From a virus: 64,000 nucleotides of DNA. Shown piece by piece: positions 9,913 through 20,372 of this stretch. A program made the translations under genes and the position numbers. Under the pieces are notes generated by a model. The model made no database searches and had not been told where the DNA came from. It worked only from the letters and a program-made list of their open reading frames with translations. The DNA lies in IMG/VR virus record IMGVR_UViG_3300047557_002769, positions 64,001 to 128,000 of that record; one strand, written 5' to 3'. Positions within the stretch are counted from its first letter, which is position 1; the number at the start of each line of letters is the position of its first letter.

Positions 9913-11106
9913 TTAACGCGGTCTAGCTAAAAAATTAGCTCTACTAAATTCTTGTCTATCTACTAACTTAGTAGGTCTGTTATTACGTACAACGACGTAG
10001 CCTTCTGGCTTTACTTTAGTTCCGTTGATCGTATGTTCAAATTTAGGCTTAGATGAAAGAGCGTGAACAAGTTGATCTTTAGCAGCCTGTAAGTGATGAT
10101 GCATTTTGAGAATCGCATCTATGTGCTTGCTGTTCTTCTGTACATGATCTAAATCGTCGTTCATTTTTTCAGTTCTAGTCGCGACAGCTTTAGCTGTTTT
10201 GACTTTAGCGATACCTTGCAGATGTTTATCTTTTAAGTGTTCATGATAACCTTCAGTGGACGGGATAGTACCATCTCTCACGGTCTTATTAATATACGTC
10301 TTTAGATGCTCGCCATGTCTATCCAATACCCTGTAAGCTTTTTTATCGGTATTTTTAAATAATTCTGTAGCTTGATTAAGGTGTTGTTGATATGTATGAT
10401 GTTGATCTTTCGTCATCTCTGCATGCTGAGCATCATCTGAAACGTTAATCATATGAACGTCCGGGTGCTGCTTGAAATGAGAAATGTCAGCGCCGTATTC
10501 AGCTTTTAATCCTTGAAATGTATTACCAGTATACGCTGTATGAACAGCTACTCCAAATTTGGACTTAGCTAGTTTTTTACCTTCGGGTGAATTATGAGGT
10601 GTGGAATAAGTTATGGTGTTAGGTTTAAAGTGGTACTTCTTACCATCATCCATTATATCACCGTGAGGATTTTCTTCACTTTTTATACCACCTGAATGCA
10701 TGATATCACCTTGATATACACCTGTCTTAGGCGCAACCTTAGGTAAGTGCTCTAATGCAGCCTTTAACTTAGATACAAGTCCTGGTGCATGGCCGTGGTT
10801 TTGTTCTATATCTTCAAACGTATAATTTAATTTTGGATTCACGTTAAACGCAGACTTAGATGCAACAAAAAACTGGCCATTATCGGGGTTATGACCAAAA
10901 ACAATAGAAGGAGATCCATCGTACTTGGTCGTAATTTTTGTATTATTCTTTTTACCTTGTATCTGATCCTTGACGTCTTCCAGGTTGTGAAAAGCATGAG
11001 CGAACCCTTCCATACCTGCGTTGATGACGTGGTCTTCGGCATGCTCTAAATGCGTCAGCTTTTCTTCGGAAGCTGCTTCAGTAATAAAAGCTTTTAAATT
11101 ATACAT
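9913..11106 (-). CDS. Conserved T4-like protein (DUF6267-like)
   Basis: THLEHAED, TKYDGSPSIVFG, GVYQGD, PNTITY, PEGYV, KLVDRQEFSRANF. Confidence 0.7.
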   Translation of the reverse strand: MYNLKAFITEAASEEKLTHLEHAEDHVINAGMEGFAHAFHNLEDVKDQIQGKKNNTKITTKYDGSPSIVFGHNPDNGQFFVASKSAFNVNPKLNYTFEDIEQNHGHAPGLVSKLKAALEHLPKVAPKTGVYQGDIMHSGGIKSEENPHGDIMDDGKKYHFKPNTITYSTPHNSPEGKKLAKSKFGVAVHTAYTGNTFQGLKAEYGADISHFKQHPDVHMINVSDDAQHAEMTKDQHHTYQQHLNQATELFKNTDKKAYRVLDRHGEHLKTYINKTVRDGTIPSTEGYHEHLKDKHLQGIAKVKTAKAVATRTEKMNDDLDHVQKNSKHIDAILKMHHHLQAAKDQLVHALSSKPKFEHTINGTKVKPEGYVVVRNNRPTKLVDRQEFSRANFLARPR

Positions 11107-11825
11107 TACTTAAATGGATTCTTTTTTGTGGTACCGGGTTTAACAGAAAAAGTACTGTAAGGCATCTGCTTAATTTTTATTTCAGCCTGCACTTCATAAA
11201 ATTCTGATCGAGTACCTATTCTTACTTTAAAATCACCTACACCTTTAAGTAAAGGTACTGATGCACCTAGCTTAAAGGGATCTGCATTACCAATTCTATA
11301 AAAATCATCACCAGCTTGCATGTAGTTAGCAGGCTCGGTTTTACCTTTAGTATAATGATCGGTAACTACCTTACCTAAATCAACATTCTCTTTATTTGCA
11401 ATATATCTGTTTACACCTGGTTGATCAAAAAACATCTTCATAATTTTGAGAGGCACAGCACCAGGCTCTTTTAGCCCTGACTTGGTGGTTGGAATTTTAA
11501 GCTCATTAAGAGGTATACCTGTAAATTTTGATAGCTTAATAAGAAATTCTTTTGTCTGCGAGGATGAATTAAGCACATCTACTGCATGTTTAGCAGCAGG
11601 TGTGTCATATGTTGTCTGCCATTTACCGTCAGAGTAAAACATTCTCGGATTAGAAAGATTATCCGTGTGATTCATTTTAACTTCGACCCAGGAGTCCACA
11701 CCCTTATAACTCACTTTTACATCAGGATAATCCGTACCTACTCTAGGTCTTTCCGCGGTTACACCTGGTAGTTTATTGATGTAATCAGCGACATCTTTTT
11801 CGTACTTATCTGACGCAGCAGACAT
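11106..11825 (-). CDS. Putative PD-(D/E)xK endonuclease
   Basis: YE...YPDV...WVEVKM catalytic-like spacing. Confidence 0.45.
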   Translation of the reverse strand: MSAASDKYEKDVADYINKLPGVTAERPRVGTDYPDVKVSYKGVDSWVEVKMNHTDNLSNPRMFYSDGKWQTTYDTPAAKHAVDVLNSSSQTKEFLIKLSKFTGIPLNELKIPTTKSGLKEPGAVPLKIMKMFFDQPGVNRYIANKENVDLGKVVTDHYTKGKTEPANYMQAGDDFYRIGNADPFKLGASVPLLKGVGDFKVRIGTRSEFYEVQAEIKIKQMPYSTFSVKPGTTKKNPFK

Positions 11826-11860
11826 ATTGCCCCCTTATAACTATATGTTATTTATCTAAT

Positions 11861-11887
11861 AAAAAACCCCGGGGGCTCCGGGGTTTT
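11861..11887 (-). terminator. Rho-independent terminator
   Basis: AAAACCCCGG/CCGGGGTTTT inverted repeat with T-run on the minus strand. Confidence 0.7.
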
Positions 11888-12104
11888 AGATGTTTTTGCA
11901 GTAAAAATCTAGCAACCTATCTTTAAGCATCGATGGTATATCGAGATAAGGCCATTCTACTACATATGGGCAAGCACCATTCTCTGACAAATTTTTCCAG
12001 CTATTAGTTTTAAGAAACTTATACGCTAACTTCCTATCATTTTTTGATTCAGGGTTAAATTTACGCTTTTTGACAATCTGTGCAGATAAAATTTTACTTT
12101 CCAT
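11886..12104 (-). CDS. Small hypothetical protein
   Basis: RKFNP...FL..NSW...CPYVVEWPYLDIP. Confidence 0.55.
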   Translation of the reverse strand: MESKILSAQIVKKRKFNPESKNDRKLAYKFLKTNSWKNLSENGACPYVVEWPYLDIPSMLKDRLLDFYCKNI

Positions 12105-12136
12105 ATTAGACAGGGCACCGAAGTGCCCGGTTCTGC

Positions 12137-12385
12137 TTAGTTAAACAGAGAGGTGCCAGCGCTAGCGAAAGCAGCAGCAACCATAGCACGCGAAGGACGG
12201 CCAAGGCGATAAGCGGTCTTACCATTCTTGGTAGTATTGCTATAGATAGCATACCCTTGCGAACGCAGCTCAGAAATACGAGCCATAACGCTGTTCTCGG
12301 TAGTCCCGAAAAGACCAGCAATCTGACCGGCGGTAAACTGCTTACCAGACTTCAGAACGTTCAAAACTTTCGATTGTACAGTCAT
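12137..12385 (-). CDS. Winged HTH DNA-binding protein
   Basis: LKSGKQFTAGQIAGLFG...ARISELRSQGYAIY...YRLGRPSR; AGGAG SD before ATG 12385; UUCG hairpin at 12113-12128. Confidence 0.7.
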   Translation of the reverse strand: MTVQSKVLNVLKSGKQFTAGQIAGLFGTTENSVMARISELRSQGYAIYSNTTKNGKTAYRLGRPSRAMVAAAFASAGTSLFN

Positions 12386-12420
12386 AATATCTCCTAATGA
12401 CAAATTCCCCGCAAATAAAA

Positions 12421-12451
12421 GCTCGGTAAGCTGCGGTCGGTCTTACCGAGC
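12421..12451 (-). terminator. Hairpin/terminator
   Basis: GCTCGGTAAG/CTTACCGAGC 10-bp inverted repeat followed by TTTTATTT on minus strand. Confidence 0.55.
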
Positions 12452-12457
12452 AACGAA

Positions 12458-12784
12458 TTAAGCTTCAGCGAGCTCCTTAATTCGTAGAATCTCATCATCA
12501 ACTTCAGCAACCGGAGGAGTAGTTACTGTAGCCTTAACAGTCGCCTTCTCTTCCTTCTTACCACGCGTAGCTTCAATATCACTACGATACGTTTCAAACT
12601 GGCCAGACGCAAGAAGATAGTCGCAAGCCTCGACCTTAGTCATAGGGTTAGGCAGATCAACAAGAAGAATATCGGTGTCACCCTGCTTTACTAGATTCTT
12701 AAAGCGTAGAACCATATCAGAGCAGAAACGAACTTTGGTCTTGCCCTTGTTAACAGAAACACCAGCTACAGTAAATGTACTCAT
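12458..12784 (-). CDS. Hypothetical protein
   Basis: FTVAGVS..KVRF..RFKNLVKQGDTDI.L..LP.PMTK; AAGGAG SD. Confidence 0.6.
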   Translation of the reverse strand: MSTFTVAGVSVNKGKTKVRFCSDMVLRFKNLVKQGDTDILLVDLPNPMTKVEACDYLLASGQFETYRSDIEATRGKKEEKATVKATVTTPPVAEVDDEILRIKELAEA

Positions 12785-12848
12785 CACAAGCTCCTTCAAT
12801 CAAACATTATATAAGAGTTAATAAAAAAGATCAAGCAAATTTGGTATT

Positions 12849-13127
12849 TCAAACACCTAGGCCTTGACCTGCCAAAAAGTAATTCGTAACTTTGGTAAGC
12901 ATCACCTGTTTAGAGGTAGCCTTCTCAATCTCACGAATGAACTTTTCCTTGGTATCACGCTTGCCGCTAGATTGTTCAATCATGCTTGTGCAAAGCACTT
13001 TGAATCCTACAAGCGTTTGTTTTTCGAATTCCGAAAAAAGCAGTTTCAAACCGTCATCTCCAACAGTATCATTTTTAATACGGGGTTTAGAACTTTTTTG
13101 CGTTTGCATAATTACTCCTTTGTACAT
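12849..13127 (-). CDS. Hypothetical protein
   Basis: ORF downstream of promoter-like TTGCCT...TATAAT; probable start 13109. Confidence 0.5.
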   Translation of the reverse strand: MYKGVIMQTQKSSKPRIKNDTVGDDGLKLLFSEFEKQTLVGFKVLCTSMIEQSSGKRDTKEKFIREIEKATSKQVMLTKVTNYFLAGQGLGV

Positions 13128-13164
13128 GTATTATATACCAAGAAGCAAATAAAGGCAACTGTTA

Positions 13165-13323
13165 CTAGTCGTTTAGTTTCTCTAGATCGGTCTCGGTGAT
13201 GATACGTTTCTCTAGTAACAAACTAACAGCTGCATCAATTCCGTTAAATTTTCCCCATAGAAAACAAGCGTAACAAGCGGCAAGTAACAGTACGATTTGT
13301 GTAATATCTAACCAGTTAAGCAT
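13165..13323 (-). CDS. Small membrane protein (52 aa, not in ORF track)
   Basis: MLNWLDITQIVLLLAACYACFLWGKFNGIDAAV...; fills the gap between genes. Confidence 0.5.
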   Translation of the reverse strand: MLNWLDITQIVLLLAACYACFLWGKFNGIDAAVSLLLEKRIITETDLEKLND

Positions 13324-13331
13324 TTATACCC

Positions 13332-13976
13332 TTAAACAGTAACATATGGTAACCACATGTAGGTTTTTTTAAGTAAGCGTTTTCTAATATCACACCAATC
13401 ACCGCCTTTAAACGTATCCTTATAGTACCTATAAGACCAAACTTTTCTATGTCGACTTAAGGATCTCAGAACACTGTAAGGGTTTTTGTTAGGATAAAAG
13501 TAACGAATCTCCATCGCAATATCGTGCCCGTAGGCGTCAATTTCATCTACATCGGAAAGATATTCTCTTTCTTCTTCTTTCGATGAATCTTTATTTCTAA
13601 ACTCTAATGGTTCAGATTCAAAGTCATCATCCATCGGCCTGCGGTTCCATTGAAGCTGATGAATAAGCTCATGCTGACAGACCTGAGAAGTGGCGAACTT
13701 AAAGTCTTTCCAGTTTTTCTCAGTAATTTTAAAAGCCTTGTATTTCTTAGCGAAATTTAAGATCACATATTTGCGATCAGACTCCATATCGTAAAGCCCG
13801 GCTACTGAGAAGTCTTCTCGGTCATAATCAGCATAAGTTTCAAATCTAAAACTAAAAGGTTCAACACGTTTAAACCCTCTATTTAGAACATCGCAAATAT
13901 AGTAGTAACTAGAATTACCCATGAGTCTTTGCTTTTTGGATTCTAAAACCTCGTCGATTTTATTGGCCAGATACAT
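13332..13976 (-). CDS. HExxH (zincin-like) protein
   Basis: CQHELIHQLQ plus downstream EIDAY; late promoter TATAAATA at 13995-14002. Confidence 0.5.
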   Translation of the reverse strand: MYLANKIDEVLESKKQRLMGNSSYYYICDVLNRGFKRVEPFSFRFETYADYDREDFSVAGLYDMESDRKYVILNFAKKYKAFKITEKNWKDFKFATSQVCQHELIHQLQWNRRPMDDDFESEPLEFRNKDSSKEEEREYLSDVDEIDAYGHDIAMEIRYFYPNKNPYSVLRSLSRHRKVWSYRYYKDTFKGGDWCDIRKRLLKKTYMWLPYVTV

Positions 13977-13997
13977 GGGTGTCTCCTTTGTGAATAT

Positions 13998-15395
13998 TTA
14001 TATTACGATACCGCTAAAGTCCTTTTTACCTTTAAATTTACGATTAAAGCTGAAAGAATCCATTTCATCTTCATCTAAGTCAATACCAGAGTCAATAACA
14101 TCTTTCTGCGCAGATGGTTCTAGATCATAGAGCTTCATTTTAGCCCTATCGATACCAATCATGAAACGCTTATGCAACGTTGGATCATTATATCGATTCT
14201 TCAGCTGCTTTACCATAATCTGATTAAGCTGCTCGAGCTCCTCAGTGCTAATTAGCGCGAACATAAAGTCAGCAGTAGCAGGTAGACCAAAAGATTCAGA
14301 AGTATCGGTAAGCTCAACATCGGTATTCGAATAACCGGAACGAGTAGTCTGCGTAGCAGATACGACCGGTAGATTGAATTCAACCGCTAATCCTCTAAGC
14401 TCTTCAGCAATAGCTTTTACATACGTATAGGAGTTTACATTACCACCAGGTTTAAATCTTGACGATGCACAGATATTAAGATAATCAACAAAGATGATAT
14501 CCGGTTTAAACGTGCGTTTCAGCGAGAGTTCACTCAATAGTGCTTTAAAGTGACCTACATGAGCAGATGCGGTAGGGTATTCTTTAATAATAAGCTTACC
14601 GTGAGAACGCTTAGAAATTTTACGAACTCTACTTTCAAACGTTTCTTTAGGAATATCTTTCAGTTGATCAATCTCAATATTCAATAAGTTAGAATCAATA
14701 CGCTCAGCAATACGTTCCTCTGCCATTTCCATAGTAATATACAGAACGTTTTTACCTTGAGCGAGAGCACCTGCTGCTACATGACACATAAACAAAGATT
14801 TACCAACACCAGTACCAGCAAGTGCAATATTGAGAGTCTTATTAGGCAACCCCCCGTTAGTAATCTTATTAAAGAGATCTAGATCAAAAGGAATACGAGA
14901 CTCAACCCGATGATAGAAATCATAACGAGAACTAGAATCCTCAAAGTAATCATGGCCAACAGATGCATCAAAACATACACCCAGGGCTTCTTGAAGAAGC
15001 GAAGGAATCCCGTCTTTAGAAAATTGCTTATCATTTCCGTCTAGAATACTAATTGACTTAAGAATGGCGTTATATACAGCTTTATCTTTACAGAACTTTT
15101 CCGTCTCTTCAATAAGCCATTCATTATTAGGTGCTTCGCTATTAACTAAGGTTTTAATAAGAGCACTCGTCTCCTTATACTGAGCTTCTAGTAGATTAGA
15201 ATTTTGAAGCGAAATTTCAATCGCTTCAACAGTAGGAGTCCTATTATATTTTTCAATAAATCGGCTGATCTGCTCATACACTAAGCGATCAGCCGAATCA
15301 ACAAAGTACTCGCTCTTCAAGAAAGGGAGTACCTTTCGCATGTACTCCTCATTATGGACTAGGTTGCGTAGAATTGTCTCTTCAAGCCTGATCAT
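13998..15395 (-). CDS. gp41: Replicative DNA helicase (T4 gp41-like)
   Basis: AGTGVGKS Walker A, ITMEMAEE, IFVDYLNIC, SATQTTRSG, QLKNRY. Confidence 0.97.
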   Translation of the reverse strand: MIRLEETILRNLVHNEEYMRKVLPFLKSEYFVDSADRLVYEQISRFIEKYNRTPTVEAIEISLQNSNLLEAQYKETSALIKTLVNSEAPNNEWLIEETEKFCKDKAVYNAILKSISILDGNDKQFSKDGIPSLLQEALGVCFDASVGHDYFEDSSSRYDFYHRVESRIPFDLDLFNKITNGGLPNKTLNIALAGTGVGKSLFMCHVAAGALAQGKNVLYITMEMAEERIAERIDSNLLNIEIDQLKDIPKETFESRVRKISKRSHGKLIIKEYPTASAHVGHFKALLSELSLKRTFKPDIIFVDYLNICASSRFKPGGNVNSYTYVKAIAEELRGLAVEFNLPVVSATQTTRSGYSNTDVELTDTSESFGLPATADFMFALISTEELEQLNQIMVKQLKNRYNDPTLHKRFMIGIDRAKMKLYDLEPSAQKDVIDSGIDLDEDEMDSFSFNRKFKGKKDFSGIVI

Positions 15396-15666
15396 TCTTT
15401 ACCTCGTTCAATGCTTCTCTTAGGATATCGTTAACAATTAGCTCAAGCGTCTGAGCAAATACTTCACTCTTTTCTGGATCGCCCATATCTTCAGGTTTAT
15501 TGATTATATGATAATCTAGATCAACGCTGCTATCGTCTTTTTCCGAGAATGTAAATTTCTCAAATTGAATAGTAACACCGGAAAATTCTCCATCGATAAT
15601 TTCTACACCCCACTGGTCGCTACCTACAAACCAGGGTCTGAATAATTCATTCCGTAGCACTTGCAT
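15382..15666 (-). CDS. Small acidic protein at the gp40 position (possible head vertex assembly chaperone)
   Basis: Synteny between uvsX and gp41 only; start uncertain. Confidence 0.4.
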   Translation of the reverse strand: MQVLRNELFRPWFVGSDQWGVEIIDGEFSGVTIQFEKFTFSEKDDSSVDLDYHIINKPEDMGDPEKSEVFAQTLELIVNDILREALNEVKNDQA

Positions 15667-16705
15667 ATTCACTCTCCAGATCATCTTCTGTTAATTCTTT
15701 GCTAAGCATATCTGCACCAGAGATTTGATATGTCTTAGTAATATATTCCTGGAATTCTTTCGATGCTAGAATAGGCATCCAGAAGTCTTTTGTATACGTA
15801 TCTTTAGCTCGATACTTCGTTTCTTCACCCTTACGACTATACCAGCCATTAGACGGCTTAACAACAAACCCACCGTTCATAGCTACATCAAGAAGACCAG
15901 ACCATTTACTGATACCACCTTCGAAAGAAACCTCGATCGGAATCTTAGATTTTTCTCTAACATGACGTGACTTTTCAACGTTAATAATAAAGTTATAACC
16001 CGTTAATTCCGTACCATCTTTTTCTTGCTGACGACCAATAATATAGATGTTATCAGCAGAGTAATAAACACCAGTACCACCAGAAACGATATCTTTCGGA
16101 AACATACCGATTTCTTTATACGTATGATTAACAACAATCATCGGAATATCTTTTAGAGTCAGATGAGGTGTAACCATACGGAATAGAGACTTAAGCTGCT
16201 TAGCGCGAGACATATCAGCGACCGATTTTCCATCAATCGCATCTTCTACTTCTTTACGCGAAGCTAGGTTACCAACCGAATCAACAATGACAATAAGATG
16301 GTCGCCCCGTTCGATATTGTTTAGCTGACCCATAGAGTCATGCTTTAGCTGCTCGATATCGGTAATAGGAGTATGAACTACACGATTAGGGTCAATACCG
16401 AATGATTCAAAGTATGATTGAGGAGAACCGAATTCCGAATCATAAAACAGAACGACCGCATCGTCGTACTTATCAAGATACGACTTAGCCAATAGAAGAG
16501 CAAATGCAGTTTTAAAATGCTTAGACGGTCCAGCAAAGACCGTAAGACCGGGCGTTAAACCGCCGTTCAGTTTACCCGAAAGCGCAACGTTCACCATTGG
16601 CACCGGGGTCTGAATCATATCCTTAGCATTGAAGAATTTCGATTTAGCGAGTACTTCAGTATCTTTAATCGTAGTATTTTTCTTAAGTTTTTCTAGTAGC
16701 GACAT
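15647..16705 (-). CDS. uvsX: RecA-like recombinase UvsX
   Basis: NVALSG, AGPSKHFKT, FYDSEFG, DSVGNLAS, ADMSRAK, SGGTG. Confidence 0.97.
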   Translation of the reverse strand: MSLLEKLKKNTTIKDTEVLAKSKFFNAKDMIQTPVPMVNVALSGKLNGGLTPGLTVFAGPSKHFKTAFALLLAKSYLDKYDDAVVLFYDSEFGSPQSYFESFGIDPNRVVHTPITDIEQLKHDSMGQLNNIERGDHLIVIVDSVGNLASRKEVEDAIDGKSVADMSRAKQLKSLFRMVTPHLTLKDIPMIVVNHTYKEIGMFPKDIVSGGTGVYYSADNIYIIGRQQEKDGTELTGYNFIINVEKSRHVREKSKIPIEVSFEGGISKWSGLLDVAMNGGFVVKPSNGWYSRKGEETKYRAKDTYTKDFWMPILASKEFQEYITKTYQISGADMLSKELTEDDLESEYASATE

Positions 16706-16737
16706 ATTTTTCTCCTTGTAGTGTATCCATTATATAC

Positions 16738-19254
16738 TCAACCAAACAAACCTTCAAGTGATGCTTGCTCTTTTATTTCCCAACCAATACAGCTTAGTAA
16801 CGACATCAGCGGATCCAGAAAAGATTTTTCAAACATCTTATCATAATCAACATACTCATGAGCACGAAACTCAGTAGGTAAATCACCGTTAAATGCAATA
16901 ACGTGAGTACCTAGAATATTCGGTTCCCGTAAGTAGAGATATTTAATCTTATCACCTTCCTGAATAAACTGATATTTCTTATCAAGAGATTTCGTCTTAA
17001 TCAGATGGTTATAGATCAGCGCACCCTTAACATGCATCGGTGTACCTTTTCTAGCAATGCTGTTAGGGTCACTGTAATCCTTCAAACCGTTTACACCTCG
17101 CGGGAACGCAATTTCTTCAGGCTTTAGCTTATGCCATTTCGTTTCCAGTTCGGTAACATATTCACGAATAGTTTTTTCGTCCTTTGTAAGAGCGATAGAC
17201 ACTGCTTCTTTTAGTGCTTTTCTAACCGGTGCAGGTGTAGAAGAGCGTACGATTTCCATACCTAGAACTTTAAGCTTAGGAGGATCGTACGCCACACCTT
17301 CCGCGTTATGTACGTTTAACGCATACCTTTTCTTCGCAATCCAGATACCGCGATCAGCGATGACTTCTCTTTTGAACTTAATTTTCGGGACGTAGACGTT
17401 GAGGTACTTGCTGAAGTCTTCGCAGGCTTGGTTGATGGTGGGCTCGATGTCCTTGGCACAAAGATCGTCAAGGAATCCCACAATTTCGGATTTCGATTTA
17501 TTCTTTGACTCATTGTTAACAAGCCGGCCAAGAGTAATATAGGTACTATCAGTATCAGAGTAAAAACTATAATCGGTTCCATTTGTCTTACACCTTTCGT
17601 TAAGGTAAGTGTTTAGTTTCTTAGCAACCGATCGAATAATGAACTGACCGGTCATAGTAATGCCTTCAGCAATACGGATATCGTAGTATCTAAAGTAGAC
17701 GTTACCCATTGCACCGTAAAGTGAGTTCATCAAAATCTTAGCAGCCATCTGCTTTGAATTAAGACTTGAAATTTCATTTAGATACTTCGGATCTTTTGTC
17801 TCTTCGTATTTTGTCTGAGCGGCAAGCATCGCCTTCTTCGCTGTCTGACGAGACGCAAAGTAAAACTCAATCAGCTGCGGGAAGATGCCTTTTACTTCTC
17901 TACCAAAGCACTGACCGTTAGCAGTCATAGTATAGTTCTTTGCTACAATAGGCGTAGTATCAAATTCCCTATCTAAGAGCTTTTGAATAGACCGTTCTTC
18001 ATCTGTAAGATACTTCTGTCCATCTACTAGCGTCTCCGGAGACATATTCCAGGTCATAATAATAGAAGGATACAGAGAGGTAGCGTCAAAAGAAACAACC
18101 CAGTCATACTGACCTGGTGTAGGTTCTTTTACGAAAGCACCCATAATCTGCCTATCAGCAGACTCGTCAATGGGTGGTGGATTATGTACAATAATATCCT
18201 CCTTTAGAAGCTTATTGTACAGAATACAATCCCAGGTTCTAACCGAAGAGTAAATATCGGTATAGTTACACTTGGCATCATAAGCCATGGTTAAGATAAG
18301 CGTAATCAAACGCATCTTATCTTCTAACTTATCGACCAGAACAACGTCGTGAATATTATAGTCTACGAATAGTTCCCAGTCTTTAGTATAGAATTCTTTG
18401 AAAGAGCTAAATTCGTGTTTAATTTTTTCATCGTCTAGCTCTTCCTTAGCAATATGGTCCAGACGATACGATTCTTGAACCTTAAAAGAAAACTTCTTAT
18501 AAAGATCCATGTAGTCGAGAATAGAAATACCAGTCCAGTCAAAAGCCAGCTGCGTTCTACCTCTCGCAAACGGAACTTCTCGATTAGTAACTGTTCCATG
18601 CGGAGAGCATTCCTCAAGAGCCTTATCGCCAAGCACACGTTGAATACGAGAAGACAAATACGCAATATCGAACAACTGAACGTTCCATCCAGTAATAACG
18701 TCAGGGTAATCTTTCTTTAGCGCATTAATGAATTTGCGCAAGAGATCCATTTCATCTTGACACTGCACGTAAGTAACATTGTCCTTCTTAGCAAGATACG
18801 GCTTACAGCCAAACGAAGTAATTTCTTTAGTATTAAAATCCTGCATTGTAATAAGCAATACTTCTTCTTGAGCTTGCCTTGGATCAGGGAAACCATATTC
18901 CGTAGACGTCTCAATATCGATAGTTACGATCTTCATAATCGTAGTATCAAATTGAATATCGTCAGGAAAAATCTTGCTAATGAACTGATAAGTAAAGTTA
19001 TAGTTACCGTAGATAGGGAAGTTACTTACTTCCTGATAGCGCTTAATAAACTCACGAGCTTCGTGAATAGTTGGAAACTTAATCTTCTCTAGATTATCGC
19101 CCCAGAGCGACTTATACTTAGATTCCTTGCCTGCTCGAACATAGAGAGTAGGCTGAAAGGGAATCTTTTGGTTGACCCTCTTACCGTCTTTGTATCCCCG
19201 AAAATAGACGTTGTTACCTCTAATAAAAATATTAGTATAAAAAAGTTCACTCAT
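16738..19254 (-). CDS. gp43: Family B DNA polymerase (T4 gp43-like)
   Basis: DIET exo I, SFDATSLYPSII, KILMNSLYG, YSDTDS, KKRY; no intein or intron evident. Confidence 0.98.
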   Translation of the reverse strand: MSELFYTNIFIRGNNVYFRGYKDGKRVNQKIPFQPTLYVRAGKESKYKSLWGDNLEKIKFPTIHEAREFIKRYQEVSNFPIYGNYNFTYQFISKIFPDDIQFDTTIMKIVTIDIETSTEYGFPDPRQAQEEVLLITMQDFNTKEITSFGCKPYLAKKDNVTYVQCQDEMDLLRKFINALKKDYPDVITGWNVQLFDIAYLSSRIQRVLGDKALEECSPHGTVTNREVPFARGRTQLAFDWTGISILDYMDLYKKFSFKVQESYRLDHIAKEELDDEKIKHEFSSFKEFYTKDWELFVDYNIHDVVLVDKLEDKMRLITLILTMAYDAKCNYTDIYSSVRTWDCILYNKLLKEDIIVHNPPPIDESADRQIMGAFVKEPTPGQYDWVVSFDATSLYPSIIMTWNMSPETLVDGQKYLTDEERSIQKLLDREFDTTPIVAKNYTMTANGQCFGREVKGIFPQLIEFYFASRQTAKKAMLAAQTKYEETKDPKYLNEISSLNSKQMAAKILMNSLYGAMGNVYFRYYDIRIAEGITMTGQFIIRSVAKKLNTYLNERCKTNGTDYSFYSDTDSTYITLGRLVNNESKNKSKSEIVGFLDDLCAKDIEPTINQACEDFSKYLNVYVPKIKFKREVIADRGIWIAKKRYALNVHNAEGVAYDPPKLKVLGMEIVRSSTPAPVRKALKEAVSIALTKDEKTIREYVTELETKWHKLKPEEIAFPRGVNGLKDYSDPNSIARKGTPMHVKGALIYNHLIKTKSLDKKYQFIQEGDKIKYLYLREPNILGTHVIAFNGDLPTEFRAHEYVDYDKMFEKSFLDPLMSLLSCIGWEIKEQASLEGLFG

Positions 19255-19612
19255 AGTTTGTTTGACTATCACCAGGTTCTACTCTGTAATTATCCTCAAC
19301 AGAGTCGGGAGTTGAAACTTCAATTATAGTACCTGACTCAATACAAATCAACTGATGAGGTAGAAGAGGTGGATTATGCCAAACATGGCCTTCGGTCAAA
19401 GTCTTTTCGTTTCGTTCTGCGGTTTTGGTATCAATCCATCGCACTATGAACTTACCCGATTTTACATACCAGGTCTCGTCCTTCTCGCTATGAAAGTGCA
19501 TTGAAAATTTAGCACCATCATGAAAGTTTAAAAACTTACCACAGTACTTGTCATTGGTAGCAAAGATGTATTCTGAACCCCAACCTTTCACAACTAGACC
19601 TTTATGTCTCAT
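19247..19612 (-). CDS. Cupin sugar isomerase-like protein
   Basis: KGWGSE, SMHFH..KDETWYV, PHQL, IEVST.DS.EDNYR. Confidence 0.75.
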   Translation of the reverse strand: MRHKGLVVKGWGSEYIFATNDKYCGKFLNFHDGAKFSMHFHSEKDETWYVKSGKFIVRWIDTKTAERNEKTLTEGHVWHNPPLLPHQLICIESGTIIEVSTPDSVEDNYRVEPGDSQTNYE

Positions 19613-19613
19613 T

Positions 19614-20372
19614 TTATTCTCCTATGATCTCAACCAAAGTCGGTGCGTAAGTACCTAGATGCTGAACAGTAATGCTAGATGCTTTATTGGCTAATTTAAT
19701 ACTTAACCCTATGCTATCTGTTACAAGATAGAAATAAACTAACGAGGCTAAGAACGTATCACCCGCCCCGCACACATCAACGACCTCTACTTTTACACCA
19801 TCATAAAGATGCACATAATCGTGTATAGCACCGTGAGCACCTAAGGTAACAATTAGACCAGTATCAGGGTATGTTATAGCACTTCTATATTCTTGCTCAT
19901 TAACCTTAATGATACAACCTGAAAACTTATTTAATTCAGGGTTCTTAGTATCAACAAATACAGGTACTTTATACTTAGCACGAAGCTCCTGAGCAAATTC
20001 TGGTGTGATAGTCCCCTTACCATAATCAGAAACAACAACACAGTCAAAAGATTCGTCAGGCATTCCATTCATTAACAACGGAGGGCTAATCTTATCGTCA
20101 TCGATTCTTAAAATGTGTTGTTTTGTCTTTTCATCAATAAGGCGAGTCTTTGTAGAATTGTAGCCTGTGCGAAGCACAACCACAGCGCCAAGCCGCTCAA
20201 AATTATTCTTAACGTTTAAGACCATCCCGTCTCTGGTTTCAACTCTTGTTTCTTTAAAAATAGGGACAGGGGCTTCCGGGCTAAGTCTATTTACTTCCCC
20301 GTACTTATAAACATCAATACAGCTATCACCTACCAGCAATACTTTGAATTTTTTTGGTGGTTGAATAATCAT
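19614..20372 (-). CDS. PfkB-family heptose-7-phosphate kinase (HldE/RfaE kinase domain)
   Basis: RLSPEAPVP, VSDYGKG, KVNEQE, VDVCGAGDTF. Confidence 0.88.
   Translation of the reverse strand: MIIQPPKKFKVLLVGDSCIDVYKYGEVNRLSPEAPVPIFKETRVETRDGMVLNVKNNFERLGAVVVLRTGYNSTKTRLIDEKTKQHILRIDDDKISPPLLMNGMPDESFDCVVVSDYGKGTITPEFAQELRAKYKVPVFVDTKNPELNKFSGCIIKVNEQEYRSAITYPDTGLIVTLGAHGAIHDYVHLYDGVKVEVVDVCGAGDTFLASLVYFYLVTDSIGLSIKLANKASSITVQHLGTYAPTLVEIIGE

Noticed and set aside
13998-19254. Introns or inteins in helicase, UvsX or polymerase
   Set aside because: Proteins are of normal length with contiguous motifs.
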